The notes under the pieces were generated by a model. The model was not told the origin of the DNA, searched no databases, and was given only the letters and a program-made list of their open reading frames with translations. From a virus (taxonomy: Duplodnaviria > Heunggongvirae > Uroviricota > Caudoviricetes), in IMG/VR virus record IMGVR_UViG_3300045988_145627, positions 22,146 to 86,145 of that record: DNA of 64,000 nucleotides. One strand, given 5' to 3'. Each line of letters begins with the position of its first letter. The first letter of the stretch is position 1. Position numbers and translations under genes: made by a program. This document shows, in pieces, positions 1-9,742 of the stretch.

Positions 1-2501
1 CGCCAGATGCCCCAACGTCATTAACGGCCGTTGGAGACTATCGTAATGTGATACTGAATTGGGTTAATCCAGATTCGGTAGACCTTGATCACATTAATGT
101 TTACGCGTCCCAGACCAATAATCTGGATACGGCGAAACTGATCGCAGAGTCTGCAAGCACCACCTTTACACATGCTGGTCTTGGGGATAGCGAAACGTGG
201 TATTACTGGGTTCGAGCATCGAACAAGCGAGGTATGTTAAGTCCTCCGAACTCAAACTTGGGTACAGAGGCGACAACTCGCGATGTACTGTCGTTCCTGA
301 CTGGCAAAATTACATCTTCCGAGCTTGGTCAGGCTCTGCTTGAGGACATCAACAGCAAAGCCTCTCAAGAAGCCGTTGACGAGTTAAATGAGCATATCAA
401 CCAGAGCGTCGAATCTTTGGAGGGGGCGGTAAACGACGTTAAGGAAGATATAGCTGAATTAGATAAGCAGTTCAGCGATAACCTCGCGGATTTTGAAATA
501 AAATTCAACGAGCGTAGCGATGCTTTGGAGAACGCACAAACCGAGCTTAAAGGTGAGGTTTCGGCAACGATCGACAAGGTCAATGAAGCGTTTGAAAAAA
601 TTGATGCTACTGATGCTGCAATTGTTGAAATCGAAAATACCGTATCTGAACACGATAAAGCTCTCGCTAATACAGTCGAGGCAATAAAGGCTGCAAGAGA
701 TGAAGCGGCGGCTCTTATTGCTAAGGAAAGCGAGGCTCGTGTTGAAGGCGATGCTGCAAACGCTAAACAACTGGAAGTGTTGCAGTCAACGGTAGAGGAA
801 AGCTCCGCTGCCGTTGAAGAAATGAAAAAGACGGTTGCAGAGGTCGATCGTGCAAGTGCAGAACTGACTACGAACATTGAGGCGTTAGCCAAAACAAATA
901 TTGACCTGGCTCTTCGTCAAGATGAAGACCAGCACAAGCAGATGGTCAATAACGCGAAGATCGCAACAACACAGAAAACCTTTGCTGATGATATGTCTGC
1001 AATGGCTACGAAGGTTGAAGAAATTCGCGTAGAAATTGGCGAAGACATTAAGGCCAGTATTCTGGAAGAGTCCACCGCTCGTGCCGATGGCGATGAAGCG
1101 TTGGCAAAGCGTGTCACTCAGCTGCAATCTAAGTTTGAAGGAGATATCAGCGCGGCGATTAGTACAGAACAGGAGGCTCGTACATCTGCCGATGAAGCTT
1201 TGACGAAACAAATAACTCAGCTTGAGTCGAAAGTAAGCAACGATATTGTCGCAGCCATTAAGGAAGAGCAAGAAGCCCGAGCAACGGAAGATTCGGCTCT
1301 GGCAAGCCAGATCACCCAACTTCAGGCAAAAGTTGATGATGATATTTCTGCTGCAATACGCAGTGAGCAGGAGGCTCGTGCGAGCGGAGACTCTGCGTTA
1401 GCTAAACAAATAAACCAGCTTCAAGCAAAGGTTGACGGTGATATATCAGCCGCCATCACTCAGGAGCAGGAGGCCAGAGCAAGTGCTGACGAGGCGCTCT
1501 CACGAGAAATTAACAGCCTGCGGGCGCAGACCGGAACTGACATTGCCGCAGCCGTTGCTGTAGAGACAAAGGCAAGGACTGACGCCGATAGTGCATTGTC
1601 CAGCCAGATTACATCTCTTACAGCAAAAGCTAATGATCTCGAGGCGTCTCTTGCCAAAGAAACAACGGCTCGTGCAGATGGTGATACCGCTTTAACAAAA
1701 GAGGTTTCAAGTTTAAAAGCACAGACTGCGAAAGATATTAGTGCGGCCGTTGCAGTGGAAACGCAGGCTCGAACTGATGCTGACTCGGCGTTATCATCTC
1801 AGATCACCAAGCTGACCTCTCAATACAAAGAGGATATTAAAGCGGCTGTGGCAACCGAAACGAAAACGCGTACAGAGCAAGATGCGGCATTGGCGACCCA
1901 AATCACAAACTTAGAGTCTCAAACAGCAGCCAACATTTCTGCGGCGGTCACAACTGAAACGACAGCGAGAACGCAGGCAGATAATGCTCTAAGTGGGCGA
2001 ATCGATACTCTGAAAGCAGAGGTGGATGGAAATACCGCGACAATTCAACAGCAGGCAACAGCTATTGCTGATACCAACAAAAAAGTGTCAACCGCGTGGA
2101 CGTTGAAAATGGAGACTTCAACGAGCGGAGGGCAGAAGTATGTTGCCGGTATTGCGCTTGGTATTGACACCACTGGGCTATCTCAGTTTTTGGTTCAGGC
2201 GGACAGGTTTGGTTTGGTCAACTCTGTTAACGGGAAGATCACAACGCCATTTGTTATCGAAAACAGTATCGCCTATATGAATGGAGCGTATATCAAGGAT
2301 GGCACAATCACCAATGCAAAAGTAGGCGATCTGCAATCTACCAATTTTGTTAGCGGTAGATCTGGATGGCGGTTCGGCAAAAATGGAACGCTTGAGATCA
2401 ACGGTAATAGCGGCGGCAATGGGCGATTGGTTATAAATGGTCAGCGGATTGACGTTTATGACGATAACAACGTCCTACGAGTAAGAATTGGCCGTCTGTG
2501 A
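1..2501 (+). CDS. Tail fibre / host-specificity (J-like) protein, C-terminal portion; 5' end lies upstream of the window
   Basis: Reading frame is open from nt 3 with no upstream stop in the window; WYYWVRA fibronectin-III-like segment, long periodic Ala/Glu/Gln repeats (EQEARxSADEALxKQI..), Gly/Asn-rich C-terminal tip; directly precedes the side tail fibre gene. Confidence 0.6.
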   Translation, partial: PDAPTSLTAVGDYRNVILNWVNPDSVDLDHINVYASQTNNLDTAKLIAESASTTFTHAGLGDSETWYYWVRASNKRGMLSPPNSNLGTEATTRDVLSFLTGKITSSELGQALLEDINSKASQEAVDELNEHINQSVESLEGAVNDVKEDIAELDKQFSDNLADFEIKFNERSDALENAQTELKGEVSATIDKVNEAFEKIDATDAAIVEIENTVSEHDKALANTVEAIKAARDEAAALIAKESEARVEGDAANAKQLEVLQSTVEESSAAVEEMKKTVAEVDRASAELTTNIEALAKTNIDLALRQDEDQHKQMVNNAKIATTQKTFADDMSAMATKVEEIRVEIGEDIKASILEESTARADGDEALAKRVTQLQSKFEGDISAAISTEQEARTSADEALTKQITQLESKVSNDIVAAIKEEQEARATEDSALASQITQLQAKVDDDISAAIRSEQEARASGDSALAKQINQLQAKVDGDISAAITQEQEARASADEALSREINSLRAQTGTDIAAAVAVETKARTDADSALSSQITSLTAKANDLEASLAKETTARADGDTALTKEVSSLKAQTAKDISAAVAVETQARTDADSALSSQITKLTSQYKEDIKAAVATETKTRTEQDAALATQITNLESQTAANISAAVTTETTARTQADNALSGRIDTLKAEVDGNTATIQQQATAIADTNKKVSTAWTLKMETSTSGGQKYVAGIALGIDTTGLSQFLVQADRFGLVNSVNGKITTPFVIENSIAYMNGAYIKDGTITNAKVGDLQSTNFVSGRSGWRFGKNGTLEINGNSGGNGRLVINGQRIDVYDDNNVLRVRIGRL

Positions 2502-2594
2502 TGGTGGAAAAAAAATTTTATATCGGTAAAAATAGGTAAGTATTTACTTAATGGCGGGCAAGGATAACCCGCCAAATCAAGGAGCATATTCAAC

Positions 2595-5500
2595 ATGTGG
2601 TACAGGGAAGGTACTATCACATTTACACAGGGTAGCAATACTCTGGTTGGGGCAGGGACAGCCTGGAACGTAACAGCTAATGGTGTGTTGCCGGGGATGA
2701 TCGTCATTGGCCCCGACAATAAGCTGTATGAGATCAAGCGCGTAATAAGCGATACGAATATTGTTCTCTCAGAACCTTATACCGGCGAAACTCAGTCTGA
2801 GGTTCCGTGCCGAATCATTACGACCTATGAAGGCGACTTAACACAGTTTAGCGCGCGCTTTACAGCACTAATGTCGCGTATGTCGGCTGATTCCAAGTCT
2901 ATGCGCAGTTGGTTGACTGCTCTGGATGAGGTGACAATCGAGCGTGAAGACGGTACAGAAGTAACCGTTAAGCCGCTAATGCAGATCGTCAACGAGCACA
3001 ACGAAAACGTTGAGTGGTATAAAAATAACACTGACGCGATTGATGCTGCTGGCGACAAAGCTCGTGAGGCGGCGGCCAGTGCTGCCGCAGCAGCAGAAAG
3101 CGCCAATACCGCTGGAGAAAAAGCCTCTCAAGCGTCTCAAAGTGCATCCGCTGCGGCATCCTCACAAAGTGCCGCAAGTGCGAGTGCAACTGCTGCGAAA
3201 AAATCTGAAACGAATGCCGCAGCGTCACAACAATCAGCAGCCACTTCTGCATCCACCGCGACCACGAAAGCGTCAGAAGCTGCCACCTCAGCCCGGGATG
3301 CGGCGGCCTCAAAAGAGGCAGCGAAATCATCAGAAACGAGCGCAGCCTCGAGCGCCAGTAATGCCGCTTCCTCGGCAACGGCGGCAGGAAATTCCGCGAA
3401 GGCGGCAAAAACGTCCGAGACGAACGCTAAGTCTTCTGAAACAGCAGCGGGACAGAGCGCCTCAACTGCGGCAGGTTCAAAAACAGCGGCTGCATTATCT
3501 GCCAGTGCCGCGTCAACAAGTGCCGGGCAGGCCTCAGCCAGTGCCACCGCCGCCGGAAAATCGGCAGAAAGTGCCGCATCGTCTGCTTCAACAGCCACAA
3601 CGAAGGCTGGCGAAGCCACTGAACAGGCCAGCGCAGCAGCGAGGTCTGCTTCCGCAGCGAAGACATCCGAAACGAACGCGAAAGCGTCGGAAACCCGTGC
3701 AGAATCCTCAAAAACGGCAGCCGCATCGTCCGCCAGTTCGGCAGCGTCATCGGCATCATCGGCGTCTGCTTCAAAAGATGAGGCGACCAGACAAGCGTCC
3801 GCAGCGAAGGGCAGCGCCACGACAGCATCCACGAAAGCAACAGAGGCGGCAGGCAGTGCGACGGCAGCATCTCAGAGCAAAACTGCTGCTGAATCCGCTG
3901 CGACCCGTGCGGAAGCTGCTGCTGATCGTGCTGAAGAGATTGCCGGTGCAGTTGCGATGGAAGACGCAAGCCTTACAACTAAAGGTGTTGTGAAACTTAG
4001 CAGTGCTGTCGATAGCACCAGTGAATCGCTGGCCGCAACGCCAAAAGCAGTTAAGGCCGCATATGATAATGCTGAAAAAAGACTACAGAAGGATCAGAAT
4101 GGTGCTGATATCCCCGACAAGGGCCGCTTCCTGAATAACATTAATGTTTACAGCAAAGGTGAAGTGGATAAGAAAAAGGGGATGCGAAAATACACTTTCT
4201 CTGCTCCTGCAAATGCAGTAAGCGGTAAGTGGTATCCTGTAGTCTTTCGCCGAACTGGTGGTGGCACAGATGAATTAGCCTCACGAGTGGTTATCACCAC
4301 TTATTCCTCAGCTGGCGGATACGCTATGAATAATTGTGAGTTTAATGGTTTTGTTATGCCGGGCGGTTGGTCTGATCGCGGTTCATATGCTGTTGGTTTT
4401 TTCTCAATATATTCAACCGTTGAACGATCTATACACTCGATTATCGCAAGCGTGAAAGATGATGATTTGTGTAGTGTATTTTACGTTGAGACAAGAGCAT
4501 TCCCTATCCAGATTTTTGCTGAGGAAGGATTAAATGTGATTGTTCCAACGGCTGATTATGCAGTTGGTCAAACCACTTATAAGTGGGGGGCAACTGATCC
4601 TTTATCAGAAAGTACGAATGCACAGATAATTTTGGACTTTAAAAATGGACGAGGTTATTACTGTTCACATCCATTTATTTCAAGTCTTTCAGGAAATGCT
4701 GCTACAGCAACGAAATTACAGACGGCAAGATCTATCGGTGGAGTTGGTTTCGACGGTTCTGCCAATATTAATCTTCCAGGTGTAAACACTACGGGTAATC
4801 AGAACACCACTGGTAATGCCGCAACTGCTACAAAACTACAGACGGCAAGAACTATCGGCGGCGTGAGCTTTGATGGTACTGCAAATATTAATTTGCCAGG
4901 TGTTAATACGACTGGTAATCAGAATACAACAGGTAATGCGGCTACTGCTACGAAGTTGCAGACTGCGCGTACTATTAATGGGGTGTCGTTTGACGGTTCG
5001 GCAAATATTTCCTTGTCACCAGCAAATATAGGTTGCCCAGCATCTCCTACTGGTTGGTTAACTACAGGAAGTAATGGCGGAGCAATAACAACAGCCCAGT
5101 TAGTGACGTTATTGCAAAATAATGGAGCCTTTAACACAAAGGCATGGATTGCTCGATGTGCGTGGGCCTATGCCAATAGCGCAACCATACCAAATAGTGA
5201 AACTGGTTGTGGCGTTATTCCATTGGCAGGAGCTGTTATAGAAGTATTTAATAACGGTAGTAGTTCAAATAATTATACGATCCGCATAACAACGGCCACA
5301 ACGACAAGTGTTTCCGGTGCTCTCACTAATGCGGAGTTTATCTATGTATTTAATGGCACAGATTATTCTCCAGGATGGCGAAGAGTATATAACACGAAAA
5401 ACAAACCAACAGCCTCTGATGTCGGTGCATTACCTCTTACCGGTGGTACATTATCTGGAGGTTTGACATCTTCTGGCGAGATCATTTCAAAATATGCAAA

Positions 5501-6632
5501 TGGTTTCCGCATTGCTTACGGTAGCTTTGGGTTCTTTATCCGTAATGATGGATCGAACACATATTTCATGCTAACAGCATCAGGAGACACATTAGGTTCA
5601 TGGAACGGTTTGCGACCTATTACAATTAATAATACCAGCGGTGCTGTATCAATTGGTAATGGACTAAATGTGACTGGTGGCGTAAATGGTAGTTTGAACG
5701 GTAATGCTTCAACAGCTACGAAGTTGCAAACAGCGAGAAACATCAATGGTGTTAAGTTTGATGGTTCAGGCGATATCAATATTAATACATTGGTATCTCG
5801 TGGCCGAGTTACGGCGTTAAGCGGCTCTACTCAAGGCACTGCTGGCATTCAAATGTATGAGGCGTACAACAATAGCTACCCGACCATGTATGGCAACGTA
5901 TTGCACATGAAAGGTGCGAGTGCTGCTGGTGAGGGAGAGTTGCTTATTGGCTGGAGTGGTACGAGCGGTGCACATGCGCCAGTTTTCATTCGCTCACGAA
6001 GAGATAACACAGGTGCGGCATGGTCAGCGTGGGCGCAGGTATATACCGCTAAGGATTCAATCCCTGGTGTGAATACAACTGGTAATCAGAACACTACTGG
6101 TAATGCCGCAACCGCCACAAAATTGCAGACAGCAAGGAAAATTGCTGGTGTGGCGTTTGATGGCTCTGCCGATATAACTTTGACTGCGGCTAACCTTAAT
6201 GCTTACACGAAAACAGAGGTAACAAACCTTCTAAGTTCCTATGTGAAGAGCAGTGCTCTTCCAAGCATGACTGTGCGAACTTCCTCTGTTTCAGGTGGGG
6301 ATATGGGCATGAGCTTGTCCGCATTCATTAGCCACCTAAAATCAAATGGGGCGTTTAGCAAAAGTTATTGGATTGGCTTTGGCGATGCTATGGGATTCAA
6401 TGCTGGCAGTATCAACAATATAACGGGATTTGGTGCTGTAGAATTAGCAGAATCTATAATCGAAGTTTTTAATCTACCTAACGGTGATTATACAATTCGT
6501 TTAACAACGTCACATAAAGCTGACTACGGTGGAGTTACAAACGCAATCCTCGTTTATCACTACCGTAGTAATAGAAGTCCGTCAGGTCAATGGCTGAAAT
6601 TTGCAGGTACTGTTGGGGCAACAAGTAACTGA
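2595..6632 (+). CDS. stf: Side tail fibre protein (lambda Stf-like), 1345 aa
   Basis: N-terminal Ala/Ser/Thr-rich region closely resembles lambda Stf as I recall it (KSETNAAASQQSAATSASTA.., ..LAATPKAVK..); repeated NTTGNQNTTGNAATATKLQTAR-IGGVSFDGSANINLPGV phage-fibre repeats; SD GGAG upstream. Confidence 0.8.
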   Translation: MWYREGTITFTQGSNTLVGAGTAWNVTANGVLPGMIVIGPDNKLYEIKRVISDTNIVLSEPYTGETQSEVPCRIITTYEGDLTQFSARFTALMSRMSADSKSMRSWLTALDEVTIEREDGTEVTVKPLMQIVNEHNENVEWYKNNTDAIDAAGDKAREAAASAAAAAESANTAGEKASQASQSASAAASSQSAASASATAAKKSETNAAASQQSAATSASTATTKASEAATSARDAAASKEAAKSSETSAASSASNAASSATAAGNSAKAAKTSETNAKSSETAAGQSASTAAGSKTAAALSASAASTSAGQASASATAAGKSAESAASSASTATTKAGEATEQASAAARSASAAKTSETNAKASETRAESSKTAAASSASSAASSASSASASKDEATRQASAAKGSATTASTKATEAAGSATAASQSKTAAESAATRAEAAADRAEEIAGAVAMEDASLTTKGVVKLSSAVDSTSESLAATPKAVKAAYDNAEKRLQKDQNGADIPDKGRFLNNINVYSKGEVDKKKGMRKYTFSAPANAVSGKWYPVVFRRTGGGTDELASRVVITTYSSAGGYAMNNCEFNGFVMPGGWSDRGSYAVGFFSIYSTVERSIHSIIASVKDDDLCSVFYVETRAFPIQIFAEEGLNVIVPTADYAVGQTTYKWGATDPLSESTNAQIILDFKNGRGYYCSHPFISSLSGNAATATKLQTARSIGGVGFDGSANINLPGVNTTGNQNTTGNAATATKLQTARTIGGVSFDGTANINLPGVNTTGNQNTTGNAATATKLQTARTINGVSFDGSANISLSPANIGCPASPTGWLTTGSNGGAITTAQLVTLLQNNGAFNTKAWIARCAWAYANSATIPNSETGCGVIPLAGAVIEVFNNGSSSNNYTIRITTATTTSVSGALTNAEFIYVFNGTDYSPGWRRVYNTKNKPTASDVGALPLTGGTLSGGLTSSGEIISKYANGFRIAYGSFGFFIRNDGSNTYFMLTASGDTLGSWNGLRPITINNTSGAVSIGNGLNVTGGVNGSLNGNASTATKLQTARNINGVKFDGSGDININTLVSRGRVTALSGSTQGTAGIQMYEAYNNSYPTMYGNVLHMKGASAAGEGELLIGWSGTSGAHAPVFIRSRRDNTGAAWSAWAQVYTAKDSIPGVNTTGNQNTTGNAATATKLQTARKIAGVAFDGSADITLTAANLNAYTKTEVTNLLSSYVKSSALPSMTVRTSSVSGGDMGMSLSAFISHLKSNGAFSKSYWIGFGDAMGFNAGSINNITGFGAVELAESIIEVFNLPNGDYTIRLTTSHKADYGGVTNAILVYHYRSNRSPSGQWLKFAGTVGATSN
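4692..5030 (+). repeat. Tandem ~120-bp in-frame coding repeats inside the side tail fibre gene (about 2.8 units); further diverged copies near 5695-5790 and 6060-6190
   Basis: Three consecutive near-identical 40-aa units GNAATATKLQTARxIGGVxFDGxANINLPGVNTTGNQNTT visible in DNA and translation. Confidence 0.7.
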
Positions 6633-6650
6633 TTTAGACATTATTTATAT

Positions 6651-6682
6651 GGCTGTGAGGTTTAAAATGCGATCTCACAGCC
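6651..6682 (+). terminator. Hairpin downstream of the side tail fibre gene (ggctgtgag..ctcacagcc); no clear T-run
   Basis: 9-bp perfect inverted repeat with 14-nt loop, 19 nt after the stop codon. Confidence 0.3.
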
Positions 6683-6822
6683 GCAATCATAGGGATATAT
6701 TAGTGAGTTACTAGATACGAATTTGAACAGCCGTTAAACGGCATATGCATAGATAGGTAAGTATATACCTATAATTGAAAGGAGAAGTGTGATATAAATC
6801 CGCCATCCCGATTTGACTTTTC

Positions 6823-7158
6823 ATGGAGGAAAACATGTCGAACGAGATGGCGGGCGTTACAACAGAGCAAGTTGAGCGTATTGCCGCGATCGTTGCTCGG
6901 GAGGTTGTTGGCAAATTAGGTAAAGAGCTACGTGAAGAAATTGGCCAGGAGGTCAATGATCAGCTGAAAACCTACTTTGGTGATATGACCCCGGCGCAAC
7001 ATAGTATTCAACACTCCAATCTGGACAAACTCCTTAACCGGTTAGATTCCATCTCAAGTGGGTTCTTTGGCGGCATTGTTTCTAAAATAACGTCGTTCAT
7101 TATTACCGCACTGCTTTTGGGGTTAGCCGCGTATGGCGTAAAAAGTGGACTGCAATAA
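6823..7158 (+). CDS. Small membrane protein, holin candidate (single C-terminal TM helix)
   Basis: 111 aa with hydrophobic C-terminal segment ITSFIITALLLGLAAYGV; sits immediately upstream of the putative endolysin and spanin pair. Confidence 0.3.
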   Translation: MEENMSNEMAGVTTEQVERIAAIVAREVVGKLGKELREEIGQEVNDQLKTYFGDMTPAQHSIQHSNLDKLLNRLDSISSGFFGGIVSKITSFIITALLLGLAAYGVKSGLQ

Positions 7159-7171
7159 CAGGAGATCAAGG

Positions 7172-7864
7172 ATGAAGACTCCGAGAGGCATTCGTAATAA
7201 TAACCCCGGTAATCTTGATAAAGGATCACCGTGGCAAGGTCTGGTTGCGAATCCAGACGAACCGCGCTTTTGCACGTTTAAAGACCCTGTTTGGGGGATT
7301 CGTGCGCTGGCGGTGACTCTAATTACCTACCACGATAAACGTCGCGCAAAAGACGGCACAAGTATCGATACCATTCGTGAAGTTATTGAACGCTGGGCAC
7401 CGCCGAATGAAAACAATACTGACGCCTACATTAATGAGGTGTCTAAAGCCGTTGGTGTAACCGCAGACATGATCATCGATCTGCATGATTACGACATCCT
7501 TCGACCTTTGGTTGAGGCAATCATTCGCCACGAGAATGGCCGAGGCCCGCTAAAAACGCTGAACACCTGGTATGCGGCAGAAGTTATTGAGGAAGGTCTG
7601 CGTCGAGCTGGCGTTGTTAAGCCGGTGAAAACCGTGAAGGCTGTTCCTGTAACTAAAGAAACTGCAGGCGCAACTGTTACAGCAGGTATTGGTCTGGCGC
7701 AGCTGGCCGATGTTATGCCGCAGGTTTCCGCTGCTATGGATAAGGCACAAGGTCATATCTCTAGCGGGGATACAGTACGCATCATCTTCGGCATTGCCAC
7801 TATTGTTGTGGCTGGATTCATTGCCTGGTCGCAGGTAAGAAGACACCAGAAAGGGATGGTCTAA
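7172..7864 (+). CDS. Putative endolysin / cell-wall hydrolase with C-terminal hydrophobic segment
   Basis: ORF-track frame 7145-7864; ATG at 7172 has AGGAG-type SD about 7 nt upstream; GIRNNNPGNL motif; position between holin-like and Rz/Rz1-like genes. Enzymatic family not identified. Confidence 0.4.
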   Translation: MKTPRGIRNNNPGNLDKGSPWQGLVANPDEPRFCTFKDPVWGIRALAVTLITYHDKRRAKDGTSIDTIREVIERWAPPNENNTDAYINEVSKAVGVTADMIIDLHDYDILRPLVEAIIRHENGRGPLKTLNTWYAAEVIEEGLRRAGVVKPVKTVKAVPVTKETAGATVTAGIGLAQLADVMPQVSAAMDKAQGHISSGDTVRIIFGIATIVVAGFIAWSQVRRHQKGMV

Positions 7865-7865
7865 T

Positions 7866-8117
7866 ATGCTAGGCAGCCTGATGACAAAGCTAAAAGTTGC
7901 TTTGATTACGCTGGCTGCCGTTCTTTTCGTTCTGGTCGGCGCTTACACGATGGGCGGAAATGCGGCGCGACGAGCAATGGAAGAGAAGGCAAAACAGGAA
8001 GACAGGAAACGACTTCAAAGCACATTGGACGTCAAAAATGAAACACTTGATGAGTTACGGAGCAAGGATGCTTCTACTGTTCATCATGAGTTGCACAATA
8101 AATGGTTGCGTGATTAA
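7866..8117 (+). CDS. i-spanin (Rz-like): N-terminal TM helix plus charged coiled-coil
   Basis: 83 aa, TM LKVALITLAAVLFVLVGAY followed by EEKAKQEDRKRLQ..; start ATG 2 nt after the endolysin stop. Confidence 0.5.
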   Translation: MLGSLMTKLKVALITLAAVLFVLVGAYTMGGNAARRAMEEKAKQEDRKRLQSTLDVKNETLDELRSKDASTVHHELHNKWLRD

Positions 8118-8268
8118 GCCTCAACCCGCTGGTGTGCTTTTCTGCGATGCGGCTACACCGCTATACATCAGCCGTGATGATCTCATGACCGAAGAGACTG
8201 AAAGAGAGGTGCTTTTTCACAATATGATAGGGGAGCGATTGTGTGGATGGGGCAGAAAAGTACCATAA
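8038..8268 (+). CDS. o-spanin (Rz1-like outer-membrane lipoprotein) in the +1 frame, overlapping the 3' end of the Rz-like gene
   Basis: Within ORF 7960-8268; from Met at 8038 the product begins MKHLMSYGARMLLLFIMSCTINGC (signal peptide with lipobox-like IMSC / INGC) followed by a Pro-rich short mature part; this overlapped architecture is typical of Rz/Rz1 pairs. Confidence 0.45.
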   Translation: MKHLMSYGARMLLLFIMSCTINGCVIKPQPAGVLFCDAATPLYISRDDLMTEETEREVLFHNMIGERLCGWGRKVP

Positions 8269-8445
8269 CAGAAGAGGACTTTTCTAACATAAAATTTGCA
8301 TATTATTAGAGCACAAGGTAGATTTGGCACATGGATGTCAAGTAAATCATCCCTTGCATTAATGCTGCGACGCATACTCGTAGCCTCTAAACCCTGACAA
8401 GGGTCGCCGCTATGACATTAAGTTAATACCGGCTAAGGTGGACAC

Positions 8446-8829
8446 ATGCTGAACGAAAAACGTTCTATACAAACAATTCGCGATTGCACGAGTGTTATCG
8501 CAACTCATGTGCTGAATAAGCGCAAACTTGAGGTGCGTAAACTTAACAACGATGCGACTGCGCCAAAAGACACTCGCTTCATCGTAACTTTCAAAGACGA
8601 TGTTGAGAATGCTGGTGCCAGTGTAAAACCGTTGGCTGAAGCGATTTTCCTGAACGATCGTGTTCGTTTCATTGTGAAGCCAGCAAAACAATACCCTGAA
8701 TTAGCACGGTTTAGTGACCAATTCTCTGAAATTATTGAGAGTGCAATTCGCCGCTTTCTTAATACTCATGGTAGCATTGTCAGCAATACAACTGCTGATG
8801 GTACTGCTCTAAGATGGCACCTACACTAG
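8446..8829 (+). CDS. Hypothetical protein (127 aa)
   Basis: ORF with AAGGTGGA SD-like sequence upstream; no recognisable motif. Confidence 0.4.
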   Translation: MLNEKRSIQTIRDCTSVIATHVLNKRKLEVRKLNNDATAPKDTRFIVTFKDDVENAGASVKPLAEAIFLNDRVRFIVKPAKQYPELARFSDQFSEIIESAIRRFLNTHGSIVSNTTADGTALRWHLH

Positions 8830-9566
8830 AACGCACATACTCTAAAAATCTTTATGAGTTTCCTCACCGTGGGGAAACTCGCGTTTCACGTTTTGGCTAC
8901 CTCATCAACGAAGCATCGCTTTTCAAAATATCTGAAATAACCATTATCGAGCCTGATGATGATATCTGTCTGTATATCCTGATGGAGAAAGTTGGAGCAC
9001 GAGATCAGGGTGAACTGATGGACTTCATTCTGGACAGAGGCGAAGATGGAATGTCTGATTCGGACATTATTCAAGCAATTCTGCGTTCCGACATGCTCGA
9101 TCAGAGCAGAAACACGATAGCAGGCAGAATTGCCTTGCGTGAATACACATTCATCGAGGATGGGGTAGAGATTGACTGCTATCAGATTGCAGGTGTTGAA
9201 ACAGAAAGAGCAATAAGGCAAAGGGGACTGTGCAACCTCACGTATCGCTTCCTCCTTCATTGGTACGAACATCTTGTCTGTGATTACAATCAGACCATTC
9301 CTGGCGCAAAAATCTGGGCCGGTCCATTAATGCGAACAGGTGATGTAAGAATTTACAACGCAAAAACTGAGACGTTCGAGGATGTGTTAGGCGAATATGG
9401 GATGGGAAAAGAAACCGGCTTTTTGCCGTGGAACAGAGGATTGTTACTTGATCCAGAATTAAGCTCTTGGTTTCCAAATAAGGTGCAAGTTAACGTTGAG
9501 AAATTTATCGTACTTATCATCTCCCGCAAAACAAGAACCCCAGTTGGTTTATATCTAAAAGATTAA
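8814..9566 (+). CDS. Hypothetical protein (250 aa)
   Basis: ORF overlapping the previous gene by 16 nt, followed by a strong terminator. Confidence 0.4.
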   Translation: MAPTLERTYSKNLYEFPHRGETRVSRFGYLINEASLFKISEITIIEPDDDICLYILMEKVGARDQGELMDFILDRGEDGMSDSDIIQAILRSDMLDQSRNTIAGRIALREYTFIEDGVEIDCYQIAGVETERAIRQRGLCNLTYRFLLHWYEHLVCDYNQTIPGAKIWAGPLMRTGDVRIYNAKTETFEDVLGEYGMGKETGFLPWNRGLLLDPELSSWFPNKVQVNVEKFIVLIISRKTRTPVGLYLKD

Positions 9567-9571
9567 CAATT

Positions 9572-9596
9572 AGGCGACTTCGGTCGCCTTTTTTGT
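9572..9596 (+). terminator. Rho-independent terminator
   Basis: aggcgacttcggtcgcct hairpin followed by TTTTTT. Confidence 0.75.
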
Positions 9597-9742
9597 TAAC
9601 AGCCATTGATTCTCGCCTAAAAATTCTAAGGCAGCACCTACCATTTAACCTTTACACCGCAGCCGTAGGCATTTAGGCTATATCACATATAAGAAAACAA
9701 GTTGTTTCAGACAATAATAATAGACGCAAAGGGAACTCTCCA

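Noticed and set aside
365-1657. Reverse-strand ORFs inside the first tail fibre gene (365-892, 459-770, 885-1319, 917-1117, 1460-1657)
   Set aside because: Antisense to a well-supported coding frame with periodic repeats; typical shadow ORFs.
2825-3993. Multiple long ORFs on both strands inside the side tail fibre gene (3010-3993 +, 3137-3832 -, 2989-3408 -, 3427-3969 -, 2825-3106 -)
   Set aside because: They lie within the GC-rich Ala/Ser-coding low-complexity region of the Stf-like gene, which leaves alternative frames stop-free; their translations are Arg/Pro/Gln- or Ala/Asp-rich nonsense. The Stf frame is supported by recognisable motifs.
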